Shown here: piece by piece, positions 45,010-55,072 of the stretch
Numbering within the stretch: the stretch's first letter is position 1
Layout: every line of letters begins with the position of its first letter
Assembly (NCBI GenBank): GCA_965242725.1
Contig: CBDESZ010000025.1
Span: 64,001-128,000, forward strand
DNA from: Alkalispirochaeta sp.
Lineage (GTDB): Bacteria > Spirochaetota > Spirochaetia > DSM-27196 > Alkalispirochaetaceae
Length of the DNA: 64,000 nucleotides
Direction of reading: 5' to 3'
Notes under the pieces: model-generated
Told to the model about the DNA's origin: nothing
Databases searched by the model: none
Seen by the model: the letters and a program-made list of their open reading frames with translations, nothing else
Translations under genes and position numbers: made by a program

Positions 45010-45582
45010 GTGGAATACCTGATTATCATAATTGGCGCCGTTCTGGTGAACAATATCGTACTTGCCCAGTTTCTCGGAATCTGCCCCTTTCTCGGTGTGA
45101 GCAGCCGGTTGTCCACCGCCGTAGGTATGGGCATGGCGGTCATCTTTGTCATGACGATGGCGACAATTGCGACCCATCTCATTCAGAATCTTATTCTCGT
45201 TCCCCTGGGACTGACCTTTCTGCAGACCGTTGCATTCATTCTCGTCATCGCCTCGCTGGTGCAACTTGTGGAAATTGTTCTGAAAAAGGTGAGTCCCGCC
45301 CTCTATCAGGCGCTGGGGGTCTTCCTCCCGCTGATCACGACGAACTGTGCCATTCTCGGTGTAGCGATCCTCGTTGTGGGACGTGGCTTTACGTTGGGTG
45401 AAGGCGTCGTCTTTGCCATCGGCAGCAGCGTCGGGTTTATGCTCGCCCTCTATATTTTTGCGGGTATTCGGGAGAAGCTGGCCCTTCTTGACGTTCCCAG
45501 GGCAATGAAGGGCGCTCCCATTTCACTCGTTACGGCGGGACTGCTTGCCCTTGCCTTCGGCGGATTTACGGGGCTGGTATAA
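45010..45582 (+). CDS. rnfA: Rnf complex subunit A
   Basis: NNIVLAQFLGICPFLG, PLITTNCAILG. Confidence 0.95.
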   Translation: MEYLIIIIGAVLVNNIVLAQFLGICPFLGVSSRLSTAVGMGMAVIFVMTMATIATHLIQNLILVPLGLTFLQTVAFILVIASLVQLVEIVLKKVSPALYQALGVFLPLITTNCAILGVAILVVGRGFTLGEGVVFAIGSSVGFMLALYIFAGIREKLALLDVPRAMKGAPISLVTAGLLALAFGGFTGLV

Positions 45583-45627
45583 GATCGTCTCCTTTATCGC
45601 GGCGCCGTAAAAAGGTAGAATATGTTC

Positions 45628-46176
45628 ATGCGATTTGAAGCACGTCGGAATGCCAACTACCTTCGCACGGTGCTTGTCATCGCCGGCGCCTTTTCAATCT
45701 TTACCGTTCTGTCCTTTGTCATCGGCGGCCCCGCAACGGGGCAGTTGATGCTCATCATCTCGGGGGTGCTGCTTATCTACTTTTCATTCACCCAGGGAAA
45801 GATAGGATGGTGGTACGAGATTGATAAGTCGTCGGTTGTGGTAAAACGAACTCTCAAGAGATACACCATAAAAGGCTCATCCATCCGGAAGGTGACGAAG
45901 GTCGGGTGGTCCGGCGTGTGGGAACGGATCAGGCGCTATCGCGCCGGCGAACGTCCCGATCCGTCCGGCTCTTCTGAAAGTCTGATGGTTAGCCTGGGAC
46001 GCTATATCGGCTTCAGTGCGGTTACCGTCCCCATTCGCGGCCGGCAGCCCGCCGGGCAAAATGAGTTCATCATCATCACCCTCAACGGCGGTCGTGAGTA
46101 CGTTCTCAGTCCCGCGGACCCTGCGCTCTTCCTGAAGGAGTGTCAGCGCATGATAAGCCGCAGCCGGGAACGGTAA
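45628..46176 (+). CDS. Hypothetical membrane protein (bacterial PH-domain-like)
   Basis: Two N-terminal TM segments, then a soluble domain ending YVLSPADP..F. Confidence 0.55.
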   Translation: MRFEARRNANYLRTVLVIAGAFSIFTVLSFVIGGPATGQLMLIISGVLLIYFSFTQGKIGWWYEIDKSSVVVKRTLKRYTIKGSSIRKVTKVGWSGVWERIRRYRAGERPDPSGSSESLMVSLGRYIGFSAVTVPIRGRQPAGQNEFIIITLNGGREYVLSPADPALFLKECQRMISRSRER

Positions 46177-46235
46177 ACCCGCGGCCGCGGCGTGGCAGCC
46201 GCACAGCAGCTGCGCCCTTCAACCCGCCACAGAAT

Positions 46236-47210
46236 TCAGGACTGTCCTACCAGCGCCTTTATGTACTGGAGGCGTTCAAATGACTCCGGTTTGTCGCTTC
46301 TCTTTTGACTCAACCGCCCCCGAAAGGAATCAATGGATTCAAAGTTCTGCTTGCTCATCCACTCGGACAATTCACTGTTCAGACGGGTGAGATGGTCATA
46401 CCCGTTCTTATAGAGGGTGGAACATACCTGCGTCACCTGGGCGCCCGCCAGCAGCGCCTTCACCGCGTCTTTTCCCTGGTGTATCCCGCTTGATGCGGCG
46501 AGCTCGGCCTGGGTCTTTCCGTAGAGCATCGTGATCCACCGCAGGGGAAGGGCAAGATCGTTGGGCGTGCTCATGGGAGATCCGCTCTTGAGTTTCAGTT
46601 TATCAATATCGATATCGAGCTGGTAGAAGCGGTTAAAGAGAACAACCGCCCGTGCCCCGGCCCAGATGAGGGCGTCGACGACGGCGGGAATTGACGTGAA
46701 GTGATACCCGATCTTGACGGAAATTGGAATGTCTACCGTTTTTGCAACGGTTTCGACGGTCTTGATGTAGAAATCGAGAATCGCCGCTTCGCTGTCCTTG
46801 TAGTCGTAGGGCATGAGGGCGATATTGAGCTCGATCGCGTCGGCGCCGGCTTCCGCCAGTGCGGGAACGTGTTTTTCCCACCAGTTGCGGGTGACCGCGT
46901 TGACGCTGGCGATGACCGGAATCGACGTCGCTGCCTTGGCGTCACGAATCAATGTGGTGTATCGTTTCAGACCGGCACCGGTCTGTATTTCCCGGATGTA
47001 GTCGATCGCTTCGGTATGTTCCGTTCCGGCCATGTCGGCGTCGATTTCCGCCTGTATTTCCTCTTCGAAGAGTGATTTGAGTACAACCGCTCCCGCACCG
47101 TTGGCTTCGCATTTTTTGACCTTGTCGGGGGAATCGGTCAGGCTGGAGCTGGAAACGACAAAAGGGTTTTTGAGTTCAAGACCCATGTACTTTACGCGTG
47201 TATCTGTCAT
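46236..47210 (-). CDS. Dihydroorotate dehydrogenase-like flavoprotein
   Basis: YMGLELKNP, GAGAVVLKSLFEE, ADAIELN, LFNRFYQ, SSGIH, GAQVTQVCS. Confidence 0.88.
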   Translation of the reverse strand: MTDTRVKYMGLELKNPFVVSSSSLTDSPDKVKKCEANGAGAVVLKSLFEEEIQAEIDADMAGTEHTEAIDYIREIQTGAGLKRYTTLIRDAKAATSIPVIASVNAVTRNWWEKHVPALAEAGADAIELNIALMPYDYKDSEAAILDFYIKTVETVAKTVDIPISVKIGYHFTSIPAVVDALIWAGARAVVLFNRFYQLDIDIDKLKLKSGSPMSTPNDLALPLRWITMLYGKTQAELAASSGIHQGKDAVKALLAGAQVTQVCSTLYKNGYDHLTRLNSELSEWMSKQNFESIDSFRGRLSQKRSDKPESFERLQYIKALVGQS

Positions 47211-47296
47211 GTGAAATCCTTCCAGGATGTGGATTTACCCATGGTAGTCGGGATCGGTGACGGTGTCAATTCGTCGGCAGCGACGGGTGCCGCCAC

Positions 47297-47325
47297 TTGG
47301 CACCGGTCAAAATTATATATATACT
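47297..47325 (+). promoter_or_regulatory. Putative sigma-70 promoter of trxB
   Basis: TTGGCA-17 bp-TATACT in an AT-rich tract; AGGAG RBS downstream. Confidence 0.55.
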
Positions 47326-47359
47326 ATATATAAATAACACAACGCAGCAGGAGCATTGA

Positions 47360-48307
47360 ATGGAAACTGAAAAACTTATAATTGTCGGTTCCGGTCCGGC
47401 GGGACATACCGCGGCGGTTTACGCTGCGCGAGCCGAATTGACACCCCTCATGTTTGAGGGATTTATGGCAGGAGGCGTCGCCGCAGGCGGTCAGCTTACC
47501 ACCACAACGGAGGTGGAAAACTACCCCGGCTTTCCGGAAGGGATTTCGGGACCGGTTCTGATGGACGACATGCGCAAACAGAGCGCCCGTTTCGGAACGA
47601 GGATAAAAACGGCGACCGTGGATTCCGTGGATCTTTCCAGGAGGCCCTTTAAAGTCGTCTCGGGAAAAAACGAGTTCCTTGCGCAGTCGCTCATCATAGC
47701 CACCGGCGCAACGGCAAAACGTCTGGGTCTGCCCGGCGAGGATCAGTACTGGCAGCGCGGCATGAGCGCATGTGCCGTCTGTGACGGTGCCCTCCCGATC
47801 TTCCGCAACAAACCGCTCGTCGTCATCGGCGGTGGGGACTCCGCATGTGAAGAGGCGAGTTACCTTGCAAAGTTCGGCAGCAAGGTGACGATGCTTGTAC
47901 GCCGGGATGTCTTTCGCGCCTCCAAGGCGATGCAGAAGCGCGTCTTCGACAACCCCAGGATCGAGGTGATGTGGAACCACAACGCCGTTGAAGTGATGGG
48001 AGACGGCAAGCTGCTCACCCATGTAAAGGTGAAGAACAACGTCAACGGAGAAGAGGCGGTCATTGAAGCGGGGGGGCTCTTCTACGCCATCGGCCACACT
48101 CCCAACACCGACTTCCTTGCCGGGCAGCTTGAGATGGATGAAACGGGGTACATCATTACCAGGGGCAAGTCGACGGCGACCAGCGTTCCCGGCGTATTTG
48201 CGGCGGGGGACGTCCAGGACAGAACGTACCGTCAGGCGGTGACCGCCGCCGGCACCGGCTGCATGGCCGCCCTGGAAGCTGAGAAATTCCTCGTCGAGGA
48301 AGAGTAG
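47360..48307 (+). CDS. trxB: Thioredoxin-disulfide reductase
   Basis: [41 protein letters not shown]. Confidence 0.97.
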   Translation: METEKLIIVGSGPAGHTAAVYAARAELTPLMFEGFMAGGVAAGGQLTTTTEVENYPGFPEGISGPVLMDDMRKQSARFGTRIKTATVDSVDLSRRPFKVVSGKNEFLAQSLIIATGATAKRLGLPGEDQYWQRGMSACAVCDGALPIFRNKPLVVIGGGDSACEEASYLAKFGSKVTMLVRRDVFRASKAMQKRVFDNPRIEVMWNHNAVEVMGDGKLLTHVKVKNNVNGEEAVIEAGGLFYAIGHTPNTDFLAGQLEMDETGYIITRGKSTATSVPGVFAAGDVQDRTYRQAVTAAGTGCMAALEAEKFLVEEE

Positions 48308-48356
48308 CGGCGCAGCCTACCGGTGCGGCGCAGCCGAAAGGTACGGCGCAGCCTAC
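48308..48356. repeat. Three 18-bp-period direct repeats (CGGCGCAGCC core) between convergent genes
   Basis: CGGCGCAGCC at 48308, 48326 and 48344. Confidence 0.8.
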
Positions 48357-49162
48357 AGATACCGTCGGGGTTCTTCATCGATGACCCCGGCGGTAAGCTC
48401 AATGTACGATTTGGCGGGACTCATGTTGAGTTTGGGGAAGAGAACCTCTTCGACCTGAAAAAAGCCGACCGACTGAGACATTTCGATATCAATTCCGATG
48501 GGACGTTCCTTCCCCTTTCCGATCGTGATTCGTTCAACGGCGGAAGATGAGTATTTGTGAATATCTCCCACCCGTGCTTCCGCATTGATCAGCATGGGAA
48601 TGCGGGCACGCCCCTTTTCCATGTCGCAGCCGTCCGCGATCAGAATGAGACCCGCTTCCAGTGAGTGAATTTTAATGCCCGCCATGTGACCGACGATCGC
48701 CTCGATGATCATAGAGCGCAGGATTACCCGTTTTTCAACATTCCCCGGATAGAGGCGTTCAAGATACCGCTGGATGATCGGTGTCGCCAGCTGGGCGCTG
48801 TAATTTTCGTGATCCTGTCTGGTGACGGACATACCGATATCGTGGAGCAAACCCGCCGTAAAGAGGACGAAGACGCTGTCTTCAAAGGTTCCTATCTCCT
48901 CTTCCTCCAGACTCATGGCGATATGCGCTTCCTGGAGAAGGTTGGCAAATTTCAGGGCGTTTTTCACCACTTTTCGCATGTGGACCGGTCCGTGATCGTT
49001 ATAACCCAGGCGTTTGATGCTTACCACATTGGCAAAGTCCTGAAGTGCCTTGATCTCCTCGTCATGGAGCATCTCTTCGGCGAGGGGGGTGAGTACCGGC
49101 GGAACGAGCTCAAGGAGCCGTCGATCCAGACTGATCTCTTTCGGTGATTTCTGTAAGTTCAT
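48353..49162 (-). CDS. HD-domain phosphohydrolase
   Basis: LGYNDHGPVH, LLHDIG, H, ADGCDM. Confidence 0.9.
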   Translation of the reverse strand: MNLQKSPKEISLDRRLLELVPPVLTPLAEEMLHDEEIKALQDFANVVSIKRLGYNDHGPVHMRKVVKNALKFANLLQEAHIAMSLEEEEIGTFEDSVFVLFTAGLLHDIGMSVTRQDHENYSAQLATPIIQRYLERLYPGNVEKRVILRSMIIEAIVGHMAGIKIHSLEAGLILIADGCDMEKGRARIPMLINAEARVGDIHKYSSSAVERITIGKGKERPIGIDIEMSQSVGFFQVEEVLFPKLNMSPAKSYIELTAGVIDEEPRRYL

Positions 49163-49263
49163 CACCAAAAGGATACACATCTGCGGGAGAGAGGGGAATA
49201 CGGCCCGCCGAGATTGGCGTGATGGTACTTTTGGTCCGGTCGTTCAATTCCGATAGTAATAAC

Positions 49264-50979
49264 ATGGGAACGACGATTGGATCGCAAGATTCCGGCACTG
49301 CGGTGTCCGGGGAGATACAGACGCGACTGCGGGAGAAAAGTATCGCCGTCGGATCGGGCAAGGGAGGCGTCGGCAAATCGACGACTGCACTAAACGTAGC
49401 TCTTCTCCTCGCCAAACAGGGCAGGCGGGTTGGGCTTCTCGACCTTGACCCGCTGTCAAACGTGACGGTCATCCTCGATGTCCCGGAAGAGCGTCTCGCG
49501 ACTGTGCAGAAGGAACAGAGCCATCATGCGGGGTTGGACGATTTTGTCCTGCCCTACAGTGAGACCCTGGATATCGTATTTCCCCACGCCGGGACCGCCG
49601 ACGGCGGACGGAAGGTCGTTCTCTTCTCGCGGTTTGCCGCCGATCTTGCCGAGCGGTACGACGTCATGGTATGGGACATGCCGGCGGGGATCAACGCGGA
49701 GGAGAACTTGAGTTTTCTACCCTTTGTGGGGAGTCTCCTGCTTGTCACCAACGCGGAGCCCACCGCCCATGTGTCCGCGGGCGGCTATTTGCGCAGCGTC
49801 TTCGAAATACGGCCGGATATGCCCGTTCATGTATGGCATAACCGATATCGCCCCGCCGGAGAAAGCGGATTTGACCCCCGCGCGGTGGTGGCAAACTACA
49901 ACCGTTATGTTGAAGAGCCGCTCCAAATCCGACCCGAGGAAGAAGAGAATATAACCGACATCGCATTTGTACCCCCCGATCCGGCGCTCAACCTACTGCA
50001 AACGGAGCTGGACCCCACCGTAACGATATACAGCAAGCTTCGGGAGAGTATCGGACTCGTCTTTGACCAGCTCGTGCGCCGGGCGGTTACACCTATTTCG
50101 GCCGGATCCAGGAGCAAGGACCTTATCGCCTACTTTGTGACTCACACGCCCCATATTGCAAACGTTGAATCCTATATCAGGGACCTGGATACATTTCTCG
50201 CGGGGGTTCTTCACGCCGAAGAACGGCGACGGCTGAAGGAGCTGCATGGAAAGCTCAACAGAAGCGGCGATCTGACGGTTCTGTCTGTCCGGCAGGAGCG
50301 GGACGTCCGTGCGATGGTATCCCGGCTGCAGGGTGACGAGTTGTACACCGAACTGACGAGGGTGATGCGTGTCCTTGATGACGCGCTCGAGGCGATCGCA
50401 GGATCGCAGCGGGGCTTCATGCAGCAGAGCGGACTCGACCATCCCCGCATTGTGCGTGGCATCGTTCCGCGTATGTTGAGTCTCATCGCGGCGGAGATCG
50501 ACGACGTCGATGATTCCCTGCAGGATTCGTCCCGGCTGGGAGTCTTTGCCCGCAACGCCGCCGCCGTCGCCCTCTTTCTCATCGCCGCGGACAAAGAGTT
50601 TGACGATGCCGAAACCAGGGAGCTTCTCCGGCGCCTCGTTCCCGAAAAAGGGTCGAAACGGGATCGGTATACCCAGATCAGGCGCATCCTCGCCAGAGAC
50701 GAGGGGTATCACCGCCTCTTCTATCAGGTGGTGCGCACCGTGTTTCCCGGCATTACGAGGCGGATTTCCGCGCTGAACCAGCGCTTTTCCCTTGCGCCCC
50801 TGCTTCTGAGAAAAGACGACGGAGAGATCAATGCGCCGGCGTATGTAAAGCTGAGCACCCACCTTCTCCACGACGTGGTGAACGGCGGACTGGGTATTTC
50901 CATAAGCGCAACCTACAACGCCGCGAGTCAGGCGATGAGAAGCGGTGTGGATCGTCTCGTCACGCTGCGGTCATGGTGA
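49264..50979 (+). CDS. MinD/ParA/FlhG-family ATPase with a long helical C-terminal extension
   Basis: Deviant Walker A SGKGGVGKST, DLDP, DMPAG, EPTA; ~330 extra aa. Confidence 0.8.
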   Translation: MGTTIGSQDSGTAVSGEIQTRLREKSIAVGSGKGGVGKSTTALNVALLLAKQGRRVGLLDLDPLSNVTVILDVPEERLATVQKEQSHHAGLDDFVLPYSETLDIVFPHAGTADGGRKVVLFSRFAADLAERYDVMVWDMPAGINAEENLSFLPFVGSLLLVTNAEPTAHVSAGGYLRSVFEIRPDMPVHVWHNRYRPAGESGFDPRAVVANYNRYVEEPLQIRPEEEENITDIAFVPPDPALNLLQTELDPTVTIYSKLRESIGLVFDQLVRRAVTPISAGSRSKDLIAYFVTHTPHIANVESYIRDLDTFLAGVLHAEERRRLKELHGKLNRSGDLTVLSVRQERDVRAMVSRLQGDELYTELTRVMRVLDDALEAIAGSQRGFMQQSGLDHPRIVRGIVPRMLSLIAAEIDDVDDSLQDSSRLGVFARNAAAVALFLIAADKEFDDAETRELLRRLVPEKGSKRDRYTQIRRILARDEGYHRLFYQVVRTVFPGITRRISALNQRFSLAPLLLRKDDGEINAPAYVKLSTHLLHDVVNGGLGISISATYNAASQAMRSGVDRLVTLRSW

Positions 50980-52102
50980 CCGGCAACGTCACTTTGGCGA
51001 GGCAATTGGGACCGCAGTCCTCGGGACGAAATGACAACGTCCCGCCAAACTGGGAGACCAGGGCGTGGAGAATCTCTTCCTGCAGGTTCGGTACGTTGAA
51101 GGCGGTTGTTTTTGATGTCTTGCCCGGGGATAAGCCGTTGCGCACTTCCATGGAGAGAGTTTTCTCCTTCCGGACCGTCTCCAGGAGGAGTTGGGTTGCC
51201 GGCTTATTGAAGTGATACAGCAGCTCCGCGATGACCACCGCCAGCGGTATCGCCACGTCGAGGGAGAGATGCTCCGGCAGATGGGTGAGCCGGATCGTGA
51301 CGGGGGGTCGGCCGCGTTGTTCCTGATCCACCGATATCGCCTCCAGAAGCGCCCGGGTATCCACGACCAGATCCGCCTCGGACCGTTTGATGCTGTCGAA
51401 GGAATGGGCAATCGCCGAGACGCGGTCCATCATGAGCTGGAGGGTAATCGTCGTTTCCGACTGCTTCACTCCTCCCGATTCAATGGCAAGAAAGCTCTCT
51501 ACCAGCTGGAGGTTGTTGCGCACGCGGTGTTGAATCTCCCGATTGAGGGATTGTTCCCGCATGATTGCGTCGGAGAGCCGGTTGAGAAGAAATCGCACCC
51601 CCGCCGAGAGAAAAACCACGATGCCGAGATACGATCCGATGACTGCAAGCCAGCCGTGTATGGGGATGCTCCACGGCAGTGCATCCCGAAAGAGGAGAAT
51701 CGTCGTCGCCGTCAGCGCGATGCCTGTGAGGGAAAAGACGGCGATGACGTGGCGATCGTTTAAAAAGAGCGTCGCCATAAACACAGCCGCCCCGAGCCAC
51801 AATACCGACGCACCCTCCGTCCCGACGAAGAAGAGCAGAATTATTCCCAGAGCGGTTACGGAATAGACAAAAATGGTCGCCGAGTAGGTGTACCGGTGGG
51901 AGAGCAGAATAAATGCCGCAATAAGCGCAAGATAGGCGACGACATCGGCGAGCATTATGAAATACACACCACCCACCAGCGACGCGTAGAGACCCGTCGC
52001 CAGCGCGGGGAATGCGGCAAACAGGCTGACCGAGAGTAATACCTTCAGAAGACGTGCCCTGAGAGGTTCCAGTATGGTAGACGCAGTTCCGGAGGATTCC
52101 AT
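50960..52102 (-). CDS. Membrane HisKA_2-type histidine kinase-like protein with a degenerate ATPase domain
   Basis: About six TM segments; REIQHRVRNNLQ H-box; no recognisable N, G1 or G2 boxes. Confidence 0.75.
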   Translation of the reverse strand: MESSGTASTILEPLRARLLKVLLSVSLFAAFPALATGLYASLVGGVYFIMLADVVAYLALIAAFILLSHRYTYSATIFVYSVTALGIILLFFVGTEGASVLWLGAAVFMATLFLNDRHVIAVFSLTGIALTATTILLFRDALPWSIPIHGWLAVIGSYLGIVVFLSAGVRFLLNRLSDAIMREQSLNREIQHRVRNNLQLVESFLAIESGGVKQSETTITLQLMMDRVSAIAHSFDSIKRSEADLVVDTRALLEAISVDQEQRGRPPVTIRLTHLPEHLSLDVAIPLAVVIAELLYHFNKPATQLLLETVRKEKTLSMEVRNGLSPGKTSKTTAFNVPNLQEEILHALVSQFGGTLSFRPEDCGPNCLAKVTLPVTMTAA

Positions 52103-52143
52103 TGAGATGCCTCATAGTATGTCAAAAAGGGGACAATGACAAT

Positions 52144-53742
52144 TCAAAAGCGGTCGGCTGGACGACTGCGGAGCATTCCGGTGATCATTACGACGCAGCC
52201 GCCGTGTGGTGCCGTGGTGACCGACAGGGAGCCGCCGATTTGTTCGACCAGGGACTCCATAAGCTGAAATCCAAGGGCGTTCTCCCGTTCCAGTTCCGCG
52301 GGTATGCCGACGCCGTTGTCTTCAAGGGTGACCGAAAATGTATCACCCCTGGAACGCAGATCTATGTTCAGGAGACCCCGATTGTCCTCATTGCGTCCGG
52401 GGAATGCGTGGGTGACGACGTTGGTAACGGCCTCGTTGACGGCGATCCCCAGCGGCACCGCCTGGGTCATGTCGAGGTGCAATTGATCACCGTCAACGGA
52501 AATGTCGATGTTGTCGTTTCGGGGGTCCGCAAGGACATGAGATGCGAGCTGACGGAGAAAGGCTGAAAAATCGACGGCGGTGTAGTCGTGTGTCTGGTAC
52601 AGCATGTCGTGAATCATGCCCATTACCATGATGCGGTCCCGCGTCTGTTCCAGCGGTGTGAGGGAGGTGATCTCGCCGCTCAATCCGTGGACCTGCAGAT
52701 TGATGAGGCCGCTGACCGCGGCGAGGTTGTTCCGGACGCGGTGGTGGATTTCCCGGAGGAGGACTTCCCGCTCTTCCGCGGACTTTCTGATCTCCTCTTC
52801 AGCTCGTTTCCGGTCGGTGATGTCTTCGATAATTGAATAAATGCGCAATTTACCTTGAATCGAGACGGTGCCGCTGAAGACCGCCACCTCCCTGACGGAT
52901 CCGTCCTTTCTGCGATGGCGAAACTCAAAACGGTTCTGTCGATTCTCCCGGACGCGTTCCATGTCGCGACGTATCCGGTCGGTCCCGAGTGTGTTTATAT
53001 GAAAGATGTACATCGATCGCAGTTCCGCAACCGTCCAGCCATAAAATGCTTCCGCCGCCGCATTTGCGTTTACAATCTGTCCCGTCTCAAAATCAATGAC
53101 CAGCATCGGTGCGTGTCTGTTTTCAAAGAGTGCCCGGTATTCGGCTTCCTTGACCTTGAGTTCCTCCATGAGCGCTTTCTGCCGCTGCCGGTCAAAAAAG
53201 ACCGTGAGCACCACCTGCAGTGCCGCGGAATAAAGGATGATGACCACGACGCCGATCCTGCGGATGACGACCCACCCCAGGCCACCGGGTAAAATAAGCT
53301 GGCTCAGCAGCATGAGGGCGTGAACGGCGATTCCGAGCGTCCAGATGTAAAGAGGGCGCTCCATCCGGGAGTCTACGCGCCTGAGATACCACGCCGCCGT
53401 TCCAAGAATTGTAGATTCGATAATCACGAGAATCCCCGGAATCGTTCCGATTCCGCCGAGGAAAATGCGGTACGCCCCCGCGATACCTGCCGCGATGACG
53501 GCGGCGATGGGGCCGGCGATATACCCCGCCGCCGTGAGTACGATGGAACGACCGTCATACACCAGTCCGGGTGCAAACGTCATGGGGGTCATCATCCCGA
53601 TGACGGCGATCCCCCCGAAGAGCACACCGGAAAAAACGCGGGAAAGCGTGGCATCTTCCGGGAGATAACGGGAAAGAATGTCATACCCGACCGACAACGC
53701 AAGGAGCAGGGCGACGTTCTGAATCAGGTCGATAAAGAGCAT
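52144..53742 (-). CDS. LytS-type 5TM + PAS + HisKA_2 sensor histidine kinase
   Basis: N-terminal YDGRS 5TM-LYT region, PAS (ANAAAEAFYG, HRRKDG), REIHHRVRNNL, NEAVTN, EDNGVG, LGFQL. Confidence 0.92.
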   Translation of the reverse strand: MLFIDLIQNVALLLALSVGYDILSRYLPEDATLSRVFSGVLFGGIAVIGMMTPMTFAPGLVYDGRSIVLTAAGYIAGPIAAVIAAGIAGAYRIFLGGIGTIPGILVIIESTILGTAAWYLRRVDSRMERPLYIWTLGIAVHALMLLSQLILPGGLGWVVIRRIGVVVIILYSAALQVVLTVFFDRQRQKALMEELKVKEAEYRALFENRHAPMLVIDFETGQIVNANAAAEAFYGWTVAELRSMYIFHINTLGTDRIRRDMERVRENRQNRFEFRHRRKDGSVREVAVFSGTVSIQGKLRIYSIIEDITDRKRAEEEIRKSAEEREVLLREIHHRVRNNLAAVSGLINLQVHGLSGEITSLTPLEQTRDRIMVMGMIHDMLYQTHDYTAVDFSAFLRQLASHVLADPRNDNIDISVDGDQLHLDMTQAVPLGIAVNEAVTNVVTHAFPGRNEDNRGLLNIDLRSRGDTFSVTLEDNGVGIPAELERENALGFQLMESLVEQIGGSLSVTTAPHGGCVVMITGMLRSRPADRF

Positions 53743-53801
53743 GTGTCCGAATTCTCGTCTATTCCAGGTGTGTATTCAAGAAAGCGGAAAGATGTCGTCC
53801 G

Positions 53802-54722
53802 TCAGTAGCCGACGGAATCGGCCGCCGCCGCGTAGAGAAGGGGAATGAGAAAACCGAGAGAATAATAGAGAAAAACCCGGGAAATAGAGCCCATGGAGGG
53901 CCCTTTTGTCGCGTGAGAATAGCCCCGGCGGTGCATGGCGAGGTATACGGGAATACTGAGGACTCCCGCGGGCAGCACCCCCCAGATCACATACACAGGC
54001 ACCACCCCCTGGAAGGCGTACACGGCGACGATCGCGAATGCGGCGGCTCCCTGCACGTATACGAGCGCCTCCCCGCCCTTTTTCCCAAGCAGGATGGAAA
54101 GGGTCCGTCGTCCCGCCGCGGCATCACCCTGAATATCACAGGTATTATTCACGGTCAGGATCGATCCCACGAGGAGCATCGACGGAAGTCCGATGAGGAA
54201 TGACGCGGAGCCCATTTCGGAACCGAGAAAGACAAAAATCGTGAGCGTCACCAGAACCCATCCCAGAAAGCCGCCGGCAAAAACCTCTCCCATCGGAGTT
54301 CGGGAAAGGGGCAGCGGTCCGGCGTTGTAGAGGAAGCCGATCGCCATGCACACCGCACCGATGACGATGACCCAGAAACTGGTCATGAACGCCAGGACCA
54401 CTCCGAGAACCATGGCAAGAAGGTAGAGCAGTACCGAAATTATCAGCGCCGTCCCGGCGGGAACGCCCTGATGGACAAGGACCTTGTCTTCTTCCCTGTT
54501 GATTCCCCGGCGGTCGACGCCGTGAAAAAAATCAAAGAAGGTATTGAATCCGGTGGTCGCCATGTCCACCGCAAGTACCGCCGCGGCCATGACGAAGAAT
54601 ACCGGGAGGGAGAGAGCGTCCCCGACGTACCACGCATACGCAGCCCCGAGGAGAAAACCGGACATACTTATGAGTTTGGTGCGAATCTCGACGATCCGCA
54701 TGAACTGATAGGCGGTGATCAT
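53802..54722 (-). CDS. UbiA-family prenyltransferase (MenA-like)
   Basis: NTFFDF..GVD, YNAGP.P, GE...G, NNTCDIQGD...GRRTL; multi-TM. Confidence 0.85.
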   Translation of the reverse strand: MITAYQFMRIVEIRTKLISMSGFLLGAAYAWYVGDALSLPVFFVMAAAVLAVDMATTGFNTFFDFFHGVDRRGINREEDKVLVHQGVPAGTALIISVLLYLLAMVLGVVLAFMTSFWVIVIGAVCMAIGFLYNAGPLPLSRTPMGEVFAGGFLGWVLVTLTIFVFLGSEMGSASFLIGLPSMLLVGSILTVNNTCDIQGDAAAGRRTLSILLGKKGGEALVYVQGAAAFAIVAVYAFQGVVPVYVIWGVLPAGVLSIPVYLAMHRRGYSHATKGPSMGSISRVFLYYSLGFLIPLLYAAAADSVGY

Positions 54723-55057
54723 GTCCCTCGACGTTCCGGGATCTGTCCCACCTCGGTGTCCCCCGATGCTGCCTTCTCTTTGGAGAGAAAGAGACCGCAA
54801 AAGCACTGACCGTACTCTTCGATATCCTTTTTGGCGTAAATACAGGGGCAGACGATGTCGTCGTCTGCTTGACGGTCTCCGTCGCCGTCGCGGCAGGGAC
54901 AGAGGTAATATCCGAAGCGGTTCGCGTTTGTCGTGAGACCTTCTGCGATTGTTTTCCGGAAGTCATCGTCGGGGCGCGGCGCCCACCCGTAATGGGCGGC
55001 GGCGTTGTTGATGAACAGTTCCGTCTGTTGGAGAGTGCGCTTTTTACTCATACCCAC
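54719..55057 (-). CDS. Ferredoxin-thioredoxin reductase catalytic-subunit family protein
   Basis: GYYLCPCR, VCPCIY, GQCFCGLF (CPC-CPC-CxC pattern). Confidence 0.92.
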   Translation of the reverse strand: MGMSKKRTLQQTELFINNAAAHYGWAPRPDDDFRKTIAEGLTTNANRFGYYLCPCRDGDGDRQADDDIVCPCIYAKKDIEEYGQCFCGLFLSKEKAASGDTEVGQIPERRGT

Positions 55058-55072
55058 ACAAATGAAGGCGTG

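Noticed and set aside
48353..50979. HD protein plus ATPase as an anti-phage or plasmid-partition module
   Set aside because: The genes are divergent and sit among housekeeping genes, with no cas, parB, helicase or mobile-element context.
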